A stretch of DNA of 64,000 bases, from positions 55,591 to 119,590 of the forward strand of contig CAWBOZ010000008.1 in the NCBI GenBank assembly GCA_963790535.1, in the 5' to 3' direction. Numbering within the stretch: position 1 is the first letter of the stretch; each line of letters starts with the position of its first letter. The notes under the pieces are model-generated. The model worked only from the letters and a program-made list of their open reading frames with translations. It had not been told where the DNA came from and ran no database searches. This document shows positions 27,375 through 37,987 of the stretch, piece by piece. The position numbers and the translations under genes are program-made. The stretch comes from an uncultured Alphaproteobacteria bacterium (GTDB lineage Bacteria > Pseudomonadota > Alphaproteobacteria > Acetobacterales > Acetobacteraceae).

Positions 27375-27471
27375 TCCTGGGACTCCTAGCATAATCGTCA
27401 GATGGGGTGCCTGCCGGGCCGCGGCAACGAAGGCCGGCGTCGAGGCTTGCCCTTCTTCGGCCCGTCGAGGC

Positions 27472-28040
27472 ATGGTGCCCCGCATGATCCTTCTCCGGCA
27501 TGGGCAGAGTTGGTTCAATCACCATTTCAGCCAGACCCGCCGAGACCCCGGCATCCACGACCCGGCGCTCACTCCAGTCGGCGAGCAGCAGGCCGAAGCG
27601 GCAGCAGAGGCACTGGCCGGCGAGGATATCCAACGCATCCTCGCCTCGCCCTACACGCGCGCCTTGCAGACCGCGGCGCCCATCGCCCGGCGCCGCGATC
27701 TTCCCGTGCTGGTCCACCCCGCGGTGCGCGAGCGCTACGCCTTCGCCTGCGACGTGGGCACGCCTTGCGCCGCGCTCGCGAGCGCCTGGCCTGGGCTCGA
27801 TTTCGCGCACCTCGACGAGGTGTGGTGGCCCGGCGGCGAGGAGTTCAGCGGACCAAGTGGTCGCCCGCGCCGCGCTGTTCCGCGCCGAGATGGCGGCAGA
27901 GCCGGGCTGGGAGAGCACGCTCGTCGTCAGCCACTGGGGCTTCATCCTGGCGCTCACGGGAACCAGCGTGATGAACGGCAAGTGGGTGCGCTACGACCCG
28001 CGGGATGCGCCGCCTTCGGAGCATCATATGGAAGCCGTAG
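27472..28040 (+). pseudogene. histidine phosphatase (phosphoglycerate-mutase-like) family protein, frame broken at 27841-27846; 3' end unresolved
   Basis: MVPRMILLRHGQSWFN..ASPYTRALQTA..WWPGGEE, then a shift, then SADQVVARAALF..TLVVSHWGFILALTG..KWVRYDP. Deleting one T of GAGTTC joins them. There is no in-frame stop before the ORF runs antisense into atzF. Confidence 0.6.
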
Positions 28041-29732
28041 CGCCGCTCGGCGAGCCAGGCGCGCCAGCCGCCAAGATGCGTGATGTCCGGGGCGTCCGCG
28101 CAGCCGGCCGGCTCGGCGAGGAAGCCGAGGCAAGGGCCGTCCTCCAGCTCGACCGTGCCGAAACCGAGCGGCGCCGGCACCTGGGCCAGCAACGCGCCGA
28201 TGGCGGCAGCGGCAGCGCCCAGACCTCGCCCTCGACCGCGCCACCCGGCGTCGCCCGATATAAACCGGGGCGGCTGCCCAGCGCGTGCAGCCTGTAGGCA
28301 GGGACCGTGTCGCGCGACCCGCACGAAGCGGCCGCCGAGCGCCACGATCTGCCCGTTGAGCGGCAGTCCCGCCATATGCGCGCCGATGCAGAACAGCGCC
28401 GTCTCGTCCGCCTGGACTGGATCTGGCGGCGCGGATGGGGGTAGCGCCTCGCCGGAGGCACCCCAGGTCGCGTTCAACGCGCGGTGGAGCCGGTCCGCAA
28501 GCGGCGCGAGCCGGCCCTCGGACCACGCCGGGCCGACGAGCGTGACCCCGAACGGCAGCCCGTCCTCGCCCATGCCCGCCGGCACCGCGATCGCGGCGAG
28601 GTCGCAGAGATTGACGAAATTGGTCCAGGTGCCGAGCCGCGCGTTGATCCCGACCGGGTCCGCCTCGACCTCGGCGAGCGTGGGGCAGGGCAACGTCGTG
28701 GGCAGGAGCAGCGCGTCGTAGCGGGCGAACAGCCGCTCGGCTGAGCGCCGCGCGTGGGCGAGTTGGTGGAAGGCGGGGAAGGCATCCACCGTGCGCCGGG
28801 TCAGCCCGTTCTCCAGGATCGAGCGCGTGACGGGGTGCAGGATCTCGGGACGCCCCTCGACCACCTCACGCAGCGCCGCCGTGCGCTCGGCGACCCAGGG
28901 GCCATCGTAGAGCAACTGTGCGACGGCGAGGAACTCGCTTATGTCCACCGCCTCGGCGCTGAGTAGCGACGCCGCGCGCGCGTATGGGACCGCGACGGCG
29001 CCTTCGGGCACGATCCCGGCGATGCGGGCGTTGGCGGGGGTGGTGCCGCGGCGGAGATGGGGGAACGGGGCGCGGCGCGAATACGGGTCCGCCTCGTCGA
29101 AGGCGGCGATCACGCGCAGCACGGAAAGCGCCTCGTCCACGGTGCGGGCGAACACCGAGACCGTGTCGAGCGACCGGCAGGCCGGCACGACTCCCCTCGC
29201 CGACACGCTGCCCACCGTAGGCTTGAGGCCGACGACATTGCCGAACGCTGCCGGCACACGCCCTGACCCGGCCGTATCCGTGCCTAGCGCGAAGTGGGCG
29301 ATCCCGGCTGCCACCGCCACCGCCGATCCCGACGATGAGCCGCCCGGCACGCGCGCTCGCATCGAACGGGTTGCGCGGTGTCCCGTACGGGCTGCGCGTG
29401 CCGACGAGGCCAGTCGCGAACTGGTCGAGATTCGTCTTGCCGAGCAGGACGGCGCCTGCATCGAGCAGACGCTGCACGGCGGGCGCTGTCTTCTCGGGCA
29501 TGTAGGCGTAGCCGGGGCAGGCGGCGGTCGTCGGCAGCCCGGCCACGTCCAGGTTGTCCTTGACCGCGAACGGCAGGCCCCAGAGCGGGCGGTCGCGGCG
29601 GCCCTCCGCCTCCAGCGCGGCCGCGCGCGCGAGCACGGAGTCGTCGGAGAGCCGGGTGATCCAGAGCGCCGGGTCGGCGTAGGCCTGGTCCGCCGCGAGG
29701 GCCGCCCGCGCCGCGGCTACGGGAGTATTCAC
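28024..29732 (-). pseudogene. atzF: allophanate hydrolase (amidase-signature, AtzF-like); needs at least 3 frame switches as given
   Basis: GTG 29732 gives ..LWGLPFAVKDNLDVAGLPTTAACP..GKTNLDQFATGL..NPFDA, then a shift to RVPGGSSSGSAVAVAAGIAHFALGTDTAGSGRVPAAFG. The C-terminal domain reads TVPAYRLHALGSRPGLYR..EGEVWALPLP in another frame, then VPAPLGFGTVELEDG..DITHLGGWRAWLA. The stop is taken from frame of ORF 28024..28461. Confidence 0.6.
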
Positions 29733-30400
29733 GCCGTGAGCGCCGCGAGCACCGCCGTACTCGGGGCCGTCCAGCCGACGATTGCGTTCTGGGCCCGCAC
29801 CATCTTCAGCACGGCCGCCTTGAACTCCGGGAAGTAGCTCGCCGTCGCATCCTCGACGAGCAGGCATTCGTAGCCGCGGTCGTTCGCCTCGCGCATGGTG
29901 GTCTGCACGCAGACCTCCGTGGTGACGCCGGCGATCAGCAGGTGCGTGATGCCCCGGTCCCGTAGGGCGCTGTCGAGGCCCGTGGCGTAGAAAGCGCCCT
30001 TGCCGGGCTTGTCCACGACCAGCTCGCCCGGCAGCGGCGCCACCTCGGGCACGATGTCGGCGCCTGGCTCGCCGCGGACGAGGATGCGCCCCATGGGGCC
30101 GGGGTCGCCGATGCGGAGACTCGACGATCCTCGCTCACGCTTGGAAACCGGACAGTCCGTGAGGTCTGGAGCGTGGCACTCGCGGGTGTGAACCACCATC
30201 AGCCGGGCAGCGCGCGCCCCGTCCAGCAGCGCGCGCGCGGGCGCTACGGCCCTGCCGAGCCGCGACACGTCGTTGCCGAGCGCCTCGCCGAAGCCGCCCG
30301 GCTCCAGGAAGTCGCGCTGCATGTCAATCACGACGAGCGCCGTCCTCTCCGGCGGGAGCGCGTAGGCGAAGGGCCGCGCCAGCACGACCGCGGATTTCAA
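29729..30400 (-). CDS. isochorismatase-family cysteine hydrolase (BiuH/TrtA/GuuH-like), copy 1
   Basis: [11 protein letters not shown] (Asp), [10 protein letters not shown] (Lys) and [16 protein letters not shown] (Cys). TTG start overlaps the ATPase stop (TTGA). Confidence 0.8.
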   Translation of the reverse strand: MKSAVVLARPFAYALPPERTALVVIDMQRDFLEPGGFGEALGNDVSRLGRAVAPARALLDGARAARLMVVHTRECHAPDLTDCPVSKRERGSSSLRIGDPGPMGRILVRGEPGADIVPEVAPLPGELVVDKPGKGAFYATGLDSALRDRGITHLLIAGVTTEVCVQTTMREANDRGYECLLVEDATASYFPEFKAAVLKMVRAQNAIVGWTAPSTAVLAALTA

Positions 30401-31923
30401 GCGCCGCCACCGACCATGTGGCCGCCGATCTCCTGGGCACTCGCCCCAGAAGTCGCGCCGTTATTAGCAGCCTCATGGACGAGCTTTCCGTCGCGCATGA
30501 CCACGATGCGGTCGGCGAGATCGAGCAGCTCGTCGAGGTCCTCGGAGACGAGCAGCACGGCCGCGCCCGCGTTGCGCGCGGCGACGATCCGCGCCCGCAC
30601 CTCCGCCGTCGCCCGCACGTCCAGCCCGAAGCAGGGATTGGCGACGATGAGCAGCCGCGCGTCCCCGTCCAGCTCGCGCGCCAGGACGCAGCGCTGCACG
30701 TTGCCGCCCGAGAGTGCGGCGATGGGCGCCTCGCGCGAGGGCGCACGCACGCCATAGGCGGCGATCAGGCGTCCGGCGTGGTCGGCCATGGCGCGTCCGT
30801 TGAGCAGCGCGCGGCGTCGCCCGGCGCTGTCGCGGTCGAAGGCGCGCAGGTTGAGGTTGTCGCCCACGGACATGCGCGGCACGCAGCCGTTGCGCAGCGG
30901 CTCCTCCGGCAGCACGCGCACGCCGCGCGCCTGCGCCTCGGCGCGCGTGGCGCCGTAAGGCTGGTTCTCGACGAGGATCTCGCCGGATGCTGCCGGGCGC
31001 TGACCGCCGAGCACCTCGACAAGCTCCCGCTGACCGTTGCCTGAGACGCCGGCAACGCCGACGATCTCCCGCGGGTGGACGGCGAGGTGGGCCACGTCGA
31101 GGCCGGCATGCCCCCGGTCATCAGCGGCGCGCAGGCTCCGCACGAGCAGGCGCGGCGCTGAATCCGGTGCGCCGCGGCGTTCGGGCTGGGCCGGGCGATG
31201 CGGCTCGCCGATCATCATCCGCGTCAGGTCCTCGGGAGAGAGCGACGCGACCGGGCCGCCACCCGCGACCCGGCCGCGGCGCAGCACCGTGACCGCGTCG
31301 GCGAAGCGCGCGACCTCGCGGAGCTTGTGCGTGATGATGAGGACCGTGACCTGCCCGGCTTGCGCGAGGCCGCGGACCAGGCCGAGCATCTCCTCGGCCT
31401 CCTGCGGCGTCAGCACGCTGGTCGGCTCGTCGAGCACCAGGAAGCGGCGTTGCAGGTACAGCTGCTTCACGATCTCGGCTTTCTGCCGCTGCCCGGCGGC
31501 GAGTGCCCCGGCGCGAGCATCGAGAGGCAGGCGGAAGGGCATCCCGGCCATGAACTGGTCCAGCGCCGCGCGCTCCCGCGCCCAGGAGACCACGCGGGGC
31601 ACGTCCCTGCGCGCCATGACCAGGTTCTCCGCCAGCGTCATGGAGGGGACCAGCGTGAAGTGCTGATAGACCATGCCGAGGCCGAGGCGGTCCGCATCCG
31701 CAGGGCGGCTGATCTCCGCCTCGCGCCCGTCCACCAGGAAGCTCCCCGCGTCCGCCTGATAGTAGCCGAGCAGGCACTTGACGACGGTGGACTTGCCGGC
31801 GCCGTTCTCGCCGAGGAGGGCGTGGACGGTGCCGGGCGCGACGCGGAAGGATACGTCGTCCAGCGCGGTGAAGGCGCCGAACCGCTTACCGACGCCAGCG
31901 GCCTCAACGCCGATCGCGGTCAT
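30397..31923 (-). CDS. ABC transporter ATP-binding protein with two NBDs (BMP/sugar type)
   Basis: ATG 31923 gives [37 protein letters not shown]; second NBD has [33 protein letters not shown]. Confidence 0.85.
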   Translation of the reverse strand: MTAIGVEAAGVGKRFGAFTALDDVSFRVAPGTVHALLGENGAGKSTVVKCLLGYYQADAGSFLVDGREAEISRPADADRLGLGMVYQHFTLVPSMTLAENLVMARRDVPRVVSWARERAALDQFMAGMPFRLPLDARAGALAAGQRQKAEIVKQLYLQRRFLVLDEPTSVLTPQEAEEMLGLVRGLAQAGQVTVLIITHKLREVARFADAVTVLRRGRVAGGGPVASLSPEDLTRMMIGEPHRPAQPERRGAPDSAPRLLVRSLRAADDRGHAGLDVAHLAVHPREIVGVAGVSGNGQRELVEVLGGQRPAASGEILVENQPYGATRAEAQARGVRVLPEEPLRNGCVPRMSVGDNLNLRAFDRDSAGRRRALLNGRAMADHAGRLIAAYGVRAPSREAPIAALSGGNVQRCVLARELDGDARLLIVANPCFGLDVRATAEVRARIVAARNAGAAVLLVSEDLDELLDLADRIVVMRDGKLVHEAANNGATSGASAQEIGGHMVGGGA

Positions 31924-32627
31924 CCGACCGCTGCCAGGAGCGCCGCGCTGGACGCGACGGCGCCGAACACGCCGCCCTGCATCGTCACCATCCGGATTGC
32001 CGCCTCGTGGTTGCCCCGGTCGGTGGCAGCACAGCAATCCGTGAGCAGCAAGCACTCGAAGCCGCGGTCGTTCGCCTCGCGCATGGTGGTGCTGACGCAC
32101 ACGTCCGTCGTGATGCCGGTGATGACCAGGTTGCGGATGGTCCTGGTGCGGAGGATCAACTCCAGGTCGGTGGCGCAGAAGCTGCCCTTGCCGGGCTTGT
32201 CCACAACGACCTCGCCCGGCAACGGCGCCAGTTCGGGGATGATCCCCCAGCCCGGCTCGCCGCGGACCAGGATGCGGCCGCACGGGCCGGGATCGCCGAT
32301 GCCGGCGCCGATGCGTCGCGAGCGCCAGCGCTTGTTCTCGGGCAGGTCGGAGAGGTCGGGGCGGTGTCCCTCCCGCGTGTGCAGCACGGGACCGCCCCAG
32401 GCGCGAAACGCCGCCATCACCCGGCGGATCGGCTCGATGGGCGCGCGGGTGAGCGAGAGGTCGTAGCCCATGCGGTCCACGTAGCCGCCAGGGCCGCAGA
32501 AATCGGTCTGCATGTCTATGACGAGCAGCGCCGTGTTCGCCGGGCGGAAATCGCCGTCGAACGGCCAAGGGTAAGGGTCGGCCGCGACGGCGCCCGCCGG
32601 ATCGGCAAGGCTGCGGGCGGCGCTCAC
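31920..32627 (-). CDS. isochorismatase-family cysteine hydrolase (BiuH/TrtA/GuuH-like), copy 2
   Basis: GTG 32627 overlaps the amidase stop (GTGA). [21 protein letters not shown] and [16 protein letters not shown]. Clear paralogue of copy 1. Confidence 0.8.
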   Translation of the reverse strand: MSAARSLADPAGAVAADPYPWPFDGDFRPANTALLVIDMQTDFCGPGGYVDRMGYDLSLTRAPIEPIRRVMAAFRAWGGPVLHTREGHRPDLSDLPENKRWRSRRIGAGIGDPGPCGRILVRGEPGWGIIPELAPLPGEVVVDKPGKGSFCATDLELILRTRTIRNLVITGITTDVCVSTTMREANDRGFECLLLTDCCAATDRGNHEAAIRMVTMQGGVFGAVASSAALLAAVG

Positions 32628-33640
32628 TCGGCAGCCTTCGGGAGCGGCGTCTGGTAGGCACGCGTAGGCGCTGCGAGGCCGCAGCCAGTGCCGTCCACTA
32701 CCTGCACCTGCTCCTCCCAGGGGAGCCGATACCGCCCGGCGGCGAGGTCGTGCATGTAGGTGTAGGGGCAGTCGCCCGCGCCGCCTGATACGGCGGAGAA
32801 GCCGCGATGGCCGAACTGGTAGATGTTGTTCTCGACGCCCCAAACCGCCCGCGCCTCGCGCACCAGGTCCGGCCGCACCTCCGCCGTCACGATCTCGTCC
32901 GCCCGGCCCGAGGCGCCGTGCGCGATCACGCTGCCGTCGAAGTTGCAGACCATGGCCTCGCCCATGGAATCGAACGTGCCGTCCGAGCCGGACATGCACA
33001 CGCTCGCCGTCACTATCAGGTTACAGAAGGCGTTGGACTGGTTCGTGAAACGCCAGGCGTCGCGGATCGGCGCGGTGTAGCCTGCGGTGCGCAGCATGAT
33101 CTCGGCGCCCTTGTAGGCGGCCTCGCGGGCCATCTCCGGGAACATGCCGTCGTGGCAGATGATCAGCGCGATCTTGCAGCCCTTCGGCCCCTCCACGACC
33201 GGGATGCCGAGGTCGCCGGGTTCCCACGGCTCGACCGGCACCCAGGGGTGCATCTTGCGGTAGTAGAGGCGGATCGAGCCGGTCTCGTCCACGAGGATGC
33301 CGGAGTTCCAGGGATTGCCGCCGGGGTTGCGCTCCATGAGCGAGAAGCAGCCCCAGACCGCGTTCTCGGCGCAGGCCCGGCGCAGCAAGGCGATCTCCGG
33401 CCCATCCAGGCTGCACAGCACCTCGTCGCGCGTGTCCATCGAGAGGCCGTGCAGCGCGTATTCCGGGAACACGACGAGGTCGAGCGTGCCCATGCCGCGC
33501 TTCGCCTTGCCTACCATGGCCGCGACCCGCTCCGCCTGGCGCATCACGTCGGCGCGCGCCTCGATCACCGGGAGCTGGAGCTGCACCAGCCCGATCACTA
33601 CGCCACCCGGCGCCTTGTTCAGCCCGCCTAGACCATTCAT
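32624..33640 (-). CDS. amiF: formamidase / aliphatic amidase (nitrilase superfamily, AmiF-like)
   Basis: 338 aa. [79 protein letters not shown] closely parallels remembered H. pylori AmiF. Confidence 0.8.
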   Translation of the reverse strand: MNGLGGLNKAPGGVVIGLVQLQLPVIEARADVMRQAERVAAMVGKAKRGMGTLDLVVFPEYALHGLSMDTRDEVLCSLDGPEIALLRRACAENAVWGCFSLMERNPGGNPWNSGILVDETGSIRLYYRKMHPWVPVEPWEPGDLGIPVVEGPKGCKIALIICHDGMFPEMAREAAYKGAEIMLRTAGYTAPIRDAWRFTNQSNAFCNLIVTASVCMSGSDGTFDSMGEAMVCNFDGSVIAHGASGRADEIVTAEVRPDLVREARAVWGVENNIYQFGHRGFSAVSGGAGDCPYTYMHDLAAGRYRLPWEEQVQVVDGTGCGLAAPTRAYQTPLPKAAE

Positions 33641-33650
33641 GCCCGTCCCC

Positions 33651-34565
33651 TCACCGCGCTATGCTCAATTCGCCCGGCATCCCCCGCAACGCCCGGCCGG
33701 GTCGCACGGTGGCGACGAGGATCAACAGCGTCGCGACGTAGGGCGCCGCGTAGAACAGGTAGTAGCCCCAGGTGACGCCGACGGTCTGCAATGACGGGCC
33801 GAGAGCGCCTGCCGCTCCGAAGATCAGGGCCGCGACGATGCACCAGAGCGGGTTCCAGCGCGCGAACACCACGAGCGCCACCGCCATCAGCCCCTGCCCG
33901 GACGACAGGCCCTCGTTCCAGCTTCCGGGGTAGCAGAGGGAGAGGAAGGCGCCGCCCACGCCCGCGAGGCCGCTGCCGATCGCGGTCGCGAGGAACCGCA
34001 TCCGATTGACCGGCAGCCCGAGGGCGCGCGCCGCGTCCGCGTTGTCGCCGACGATGCGCAGGCGCAGCCCGGCCCGCATAGAGCGCAGCGCCCACCACAT
34101 GGCGAAGGCCACCGCGAGACCCAGGAAGAACAGCGGGCTGACCTCCAGCGCGCTGCGCACCTGCGGCGATGCCGACCACAGCCCGAGCGGGAGCGTGGGC
34201 AGGTGCGGCGCGCTCGGCTGCACGTAGGGCTTGCCGAGGAAGAACGCGATCCCGGTCCCGGCGAGCATGACCGCGATCCCCATCGCCACGTCGTTCACCC
34301 GCGGCAGCGCGCAGACCGCGCCGTGGACCGCGCCCAGGGCAGCCCCCGCCCCTGCCCCGGCCAGAACGCCGAGCCAGGGATTCCCGGTCTGGTAGGCGCA
34401 GGCGTAGGCGGCCATCGCACCCAGCACCAAGGCGCCCTCGTTGCCGAGGTTGATGCGACCCCCCGTCTCGGTCAGGCACTCGCCGAGGCTCACGAACAGG
34501 AACGGCGTGCTGACCCGGATCGCGCCCGCAACCATGGCGACCAGAACCGTGTCGAGCGCCCCCAT
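33651..34565 (-). CDS. ABC transporter permease (BMP/nucleoside type)
   Basis: ATG 34565 gives MGALDTVLVAMVAGAIRVSTPFLFVSLGECLTETGGRINLGNEG..; polytopic. Confidence 0.85.
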   Translation of the reverse strand: MGALDTVLVAMVAGAIRVSTPFLFVSLGECLTETGGRINLGNEGALVLGAMAAYACAYQTGNPWLGVLAGAGAGAALGAVHGAVCALPRVNDVAMGIAVMLAGTGIAFFLGKPYVQPSAPHLPTLPLGLWSASPQVRSALEVSPLFFLGLAVAFAMWWALRSMRAGLRLRIVGDNADAARALGLPVNRMRFLATAIGSGLAGVGGAFLSLCYPGSWNEGLSSGQGLMAVALVVFARWNPLWCIVAALIFGAAGALGPSLQTVGVTWGYYLFYAAPYVATLLILVATVRPGRALRGMPGELSIAR

Positions 34566-35704
34566 CAGCGCACCTCCGCCGCCCGTGGCTGGAACCACGG
34601 CACCCGGCCGAACAAGGTCTCGCTCGCGAGCACGCTGACGAACACGAGGCCCTGCAGGACGAGCACCGTCGCGTCCGGAAGCCCGAGCCGCCGCTGCAGC
34701 AGGCCGCCCGCGGCGCCGATGCCGCCGACCAGGACGGCCATGGGGATGATGGCGAGCGGGTTCTGCCGGGCGAGGAAGGCGATGAGGATCCCGGCGTAGC
34801 CGTAGCCCGCGATGAGCGAGGCGTTGGCGCGCTGCTGGACGGCCGCGACCTCGATCATCCCTGCCAGCCCTGCGAACGCGCCCCCGAGCGCGCAGGCGCC
34901 GATCATCAGGGCGCCCACTGGCAGCCCTTGCAGCCGCGCCGCGCGCAGATTGCCCCCCGCGATCCGCGCCGCGAAGCCGAGCGTCGTCCGGCTGATCAAG
35001 ACCCAGCACAGCACGCAGGCCACGACGCCGACGAGCAGCCCAGGATGCAGGTCGGTGCCGGGCACCGGGCCGAGGATGTCCCGATCCGGAATCGCGTAGG
35101 TGGACGGCTTGTTGAGGCTCGACGGGTCGCGCAGCGGCCCCTCGACCAGATGATTGAACAGCGCGATGGCGATGTAGGCGAGCACGAGGCTCGCGACCGT
35201 CTCGTTGATCCCGCGCCAGACACGAAGCACGCCCGTCAGCCCGATCCAGGCCGCCCCTGCGGCCGCGCCCGCGAGCGCCATGGCGAGCAGCGTTATGACC
35301 GGGGGCAGCGGTGCCGCCGCCAGCCCGATGCAGGTCGCGGCCAGGCCCCCCAGCACCACCGCCCCTTCGCCACCGATCACCACCATCCCGAGCTGCGCCG
35401 GCACGGCGACGCAGAGCGCCGTCAGCAGCAGGGGTGCTGCGCGCGCCAGCGTGTTCTGGAGCGAGAACGCGCTGCCGAAAGCCCCGCGCCAGACGACGGC
35501 GCAGAACTCCGCCGGCGACTTGCCGAGTGCGACCAGGAACACCGAGAACAGCACCGCCGCGACGACGAGTGCGCCGACCGGGGCAGCGGTGGCCTCCAAC
35601 GCCCGGCGCACCGGATACCAGCGGTCGCCCCGGTTGGGCGCAGGAAGGGACGGCGCCCCCGTCCGCTCCGCCGCGACCGCTCCGCCTGCCATCTTTCCCG
35701 ACAT
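34565..35704 (-). CDS. ABC transporter permease (BMP/nucleoside type)
   Basis: 379 aa, polytopic. GGEGAVVLGGLAA..TTLGFAARIAGGNLRAARLQGLP. Confidence 0.85.
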   Translation of the reverse strand: MSGKMAGGAVAAERTGAPSLPAPNRGDRWYPVRRALEATAAPVGALVVAAVLFSVFLVALGKSPAEFCAVVWRGAFGSAFSLQNTLARAAPLLLTALCVAVPAQLGMVVIGGEGAVVLGGLAATCIGLAAAPLPPVITLLAMALAGAAAGAAWIGLTGVLRVWRGINETVASLVLAYIAIALFNHLVEGPLRDPSSLNKPSTYAIPDRDILGPVPGTDLHPGLLVGVVACVLCWVLISRTTLGFAARIAGGNLRAARLQGLPVGALMIGACALGGAFAGLAGMIEVAAVQQRANASLIAGYGYAGILIAFLARQNPLAIIPMAVLVGGIGAAGGLLQRRLGLPDATVLVLQGLVFVSVLASETLFGRVPWFQPRAAEVR

Positions 35705-35714
35705 GGCGCCCGCG

Positions 35715-36839
35715 CTAGCTGACCGCGCCGTTCACGCCCTGAACGAGGTAGTTCATGGATTCCAGTTGGATCGCCGTCTCCGGATAGGCGGTGCCGGCAG
35801 GGATCACCTGGTTGCCCTTGTTGTCCTTGAGCGGCCCCTTGAAGACGGCGTAGCCGCCCTTCATCATCTCCGCCTTCACGCTGTCCGCGTTCTGGCGCGC
35901 CGCCGCGGTGACGGCCGGGCCGTAGGGCGAGGTCTTGACGTAACCCTCCACCAGGCCGCCGCGCACGAAGTTGGGCAGCGCCTCGCCCGCGAGCGCCTTC
36001 TTGGCGAACATCTGATACACGGTCGCCCAGTTCCACTCGGCGCCGGTGAGGTAGCCCTTCGGCGCGAGCGGCGCCTGGTTCACGTGGTAGCCGCAGGTGT
36101 AGATTCCCCGCCCCTCCGCGGTCTGGATCACCACCTTCGGCCCGTCCACATGGCAGGTGACGACGTCCACGCCCTCGTCGGCCAGCGAGTTCGTCGCCTC
36201 CGCCTCCTTCACCGGCATGGACCAGTCGCCCGTGAAGAGAACGCGCGTCGTGATGGACGGGTCCACTGACTGTGCCCCGAGCGTGAAGCTGTTGATGTTG
36301 ATGAGCACCTGGGGGATGGGCTTCGCCGCGACGAAGCCAAGCTTCTTCGTCTTCGTCATGTGCCCGGCGACGACGCCGCTGAGATACTGCGCCATGCCGA
36401 TATAGCCGAAGTAGGACCCGGCGTTCATCGGGTCCTTGTCCTTCTGCCACAGGCCGCCGCAGTGCCGGAATTGCACCTTCGGGTATTTCCGCGCCATGCG
36501 CAGCACGTACGGGTCGAAGTAGCCGAAGCTGGTCGGGAACAGGAGCGGCGCGCCGTCCAGCTCGATCATGCTCTGCATGGTCTTCTCGACAGCATCGGTC
36601 TCGGGGACGCGCTCCTCCTCGGTGATGCTGACGCCCGGCAGGGATTTGAGCGTCGCCGCGCCCTCGGCGTGCGCCTGGTTGTAGCCGTAGTCGTCCTTGG
36701 GACCGACGTAGATGAAGCCGATGACCAGCTCGCGCGCGTGCGCTCTCCTGATCCCACTGCCTAATCCTAAGGCAAGTGTTGAGGCGCCAAGCCCTCCGGC
36801 GAGCACGCGCCGCCGACTCAGATCACCGAATGTGGTCAT
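35715..36839 (-). CDS. BMP-family ABC transporter substrate-binding protein (Tat signal)
   Basis: ATG 36839 gives MTTFGDLSRRRVLAGGLGAS..ELVIGFIYVGPKDDYGYNQAH..FPTSFGYFDP..LGFVAAKPIPQV. Confidence 0.85.
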   Translation of the reverse strand: MTTFGDLSRRRVLAGGLGASTLALGLGSGIRRAHARELVIGFIYVGPKDDYGYNQAHAEGAATLKSLPGVSITEEERVPETDAVEKTMQSMIELDGAPLLFPTSFGYFDPYVLRMARKYPKVQFRHCGGLWQKDKDPMNAGSYFGYIGMAQYLSGVVAGHMTKTKKLGFVAAKPIPQVLININSFTLGAQSVDPSITTRVLFTGDWSMPVKEAEATNSLADEGVDVVTCHVDGPKVVIQTAEGRGIYTCGYHVNQAPLAPKGYLTGAEWNWATVYQMFAKKALAGEALPNFVRGGLVEGYVKTSPYGPAVTAAARQNADSVKAEMMKGGYAVFKGPLKDNKGNQVIPAGTAYPETAIQLESMNYLVQGVNGAVS

Positions 36840-36976
36840 CGCATCCCCCAAACCGTCCACCCTGGCAGTCGGCGAAGCAAGCTGTATGCCAGTGGGAAAA
36901 GCCGATCTGCGGTACCGGCTCTTCGGTCCTGCCGTGCCGGCACGCGGCTTGCTTCACACTGGTGGAGGGGGCTGAT

Positions 36977-37963
36977 TTGGATCTCGCGCACGACGTTGAG
37001 TTGGTCGGAGTGGTCAAGCGCTACGGCGCCACTGTCGCCGTGAAGGACGTGAGTCTGCGCGTGGCGCCGACGAGCTACTGCTGCCTGCTTGGGCCGAGCG
37101 GCTGCGGCAAGACGACGACGCTGCGCATGATCGCCGGGCACGAGACGGTCTCCGAGGGCGACGTCCTCATTCACGGGAAGAACGTGACGCTGCTGCCGCC
37201 GGGTCGGCGCGGGACGGCGATGATGTTCCAGAGCTACGCGCTGTTCCCGCACCTGTCCTGCCTCGACAACGTGGCGTTCCCGCTGAAGGTGCGGGGCATG
37301 GGGCGGACCGCACGCCGGGCGCGGGCGCGGGAGCAGCTCTCGCGCGTGGACATGGAGCCGCTCGCGGACCGGTTGCCCTCGCAGCTCTCAGGTGGTCAGC
37401 AGCAGCGCGTGGCGCTCGCCCGCGCGCTGGTAACGGAGCCGCGCGTGCTCTTGCTCGACGAGCCGCTGTCGGCGCTCGATCCGTTCCTGCGGGGACGGAT
37501 GCGCGAGGAGCTGAAGCGCTTCCAGCGCGACCTCGGGCTGACCTTCATCCACGTGACGCACAGCCAGGAGGAGGCGATGGCGCTTGCCGACCTCGTCGTG
37601 GTGATGGAGGGCGGGCGCATCCTGCAGGCGGCGCCGCCGCGCGAGGTGTTCGAGCGGCCCGCCACGGCCTTCGTCGCCCGGTTCATCGGCGGGCACAACG
37701 TCCTGTCCCAGGGGAACGGGGCGGTCGCCGTGCGCGCCGACCGCTGCCGGCTGGGGATGCCGGGCGAAGGGCCGCACGTCTCCGGGCGAGTTGCCGCAGT
37801 CGAGTACCAAGGGCCGAGCGTGCGCGTCGCCGTGGCGACGGACGCGGGCGAGGCGTCCGCGCTCCTGCCCGATGCCAGCTTCTTCGCCGCCCCGGTCGCC
37901 GTCGGCGATCCCGCGACGCTCGTCTGGTCGCCCGCGGACGGGCACGCGGTCGAGCCGGCCTGA
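36977..37963 (+). CDS. ABC transporter ATP-binding protein (PotA/Fe3+-type)
   Basis: TTG 36977 (or GTG 36962) after GGAGGGGG. LLGPSGCGKTTTLRMIAG..LSGGQQQRVALARAL..LLLDEPLSALD. Confidence 0.8.
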   Translation: MDLAHDVELVGVVKRYGATVAVKDVSLRVAPTSYCCLLGPSGCGKTTTLRMIAGHETVSEGDVLIHGKNVTLLPPGRRGTAMMFQSYALFPHLSCLDNVAFPLKVRGMGRTARRARAREQLSRVDMEPLADRLPSQLSGGQQQRVALARALVTEPRVLLLDEPLSALDPFLRGRMREELKRFQRDLGLTFIHVTHSQEEAMALADLVVVMEGGRILQAAPPREVFERPATAFVARFIGGHNVLSQGNGAVAVRADRCRLGMPGEGPHVSGRVAAVEYQGPSVRVAVATDAGEASALLPDASFFAAPVAVGDPATLVWSPADGHAVEPA

Positions 37964-37987
37964 TCCCATCACCAGAGGAGCCGCATC

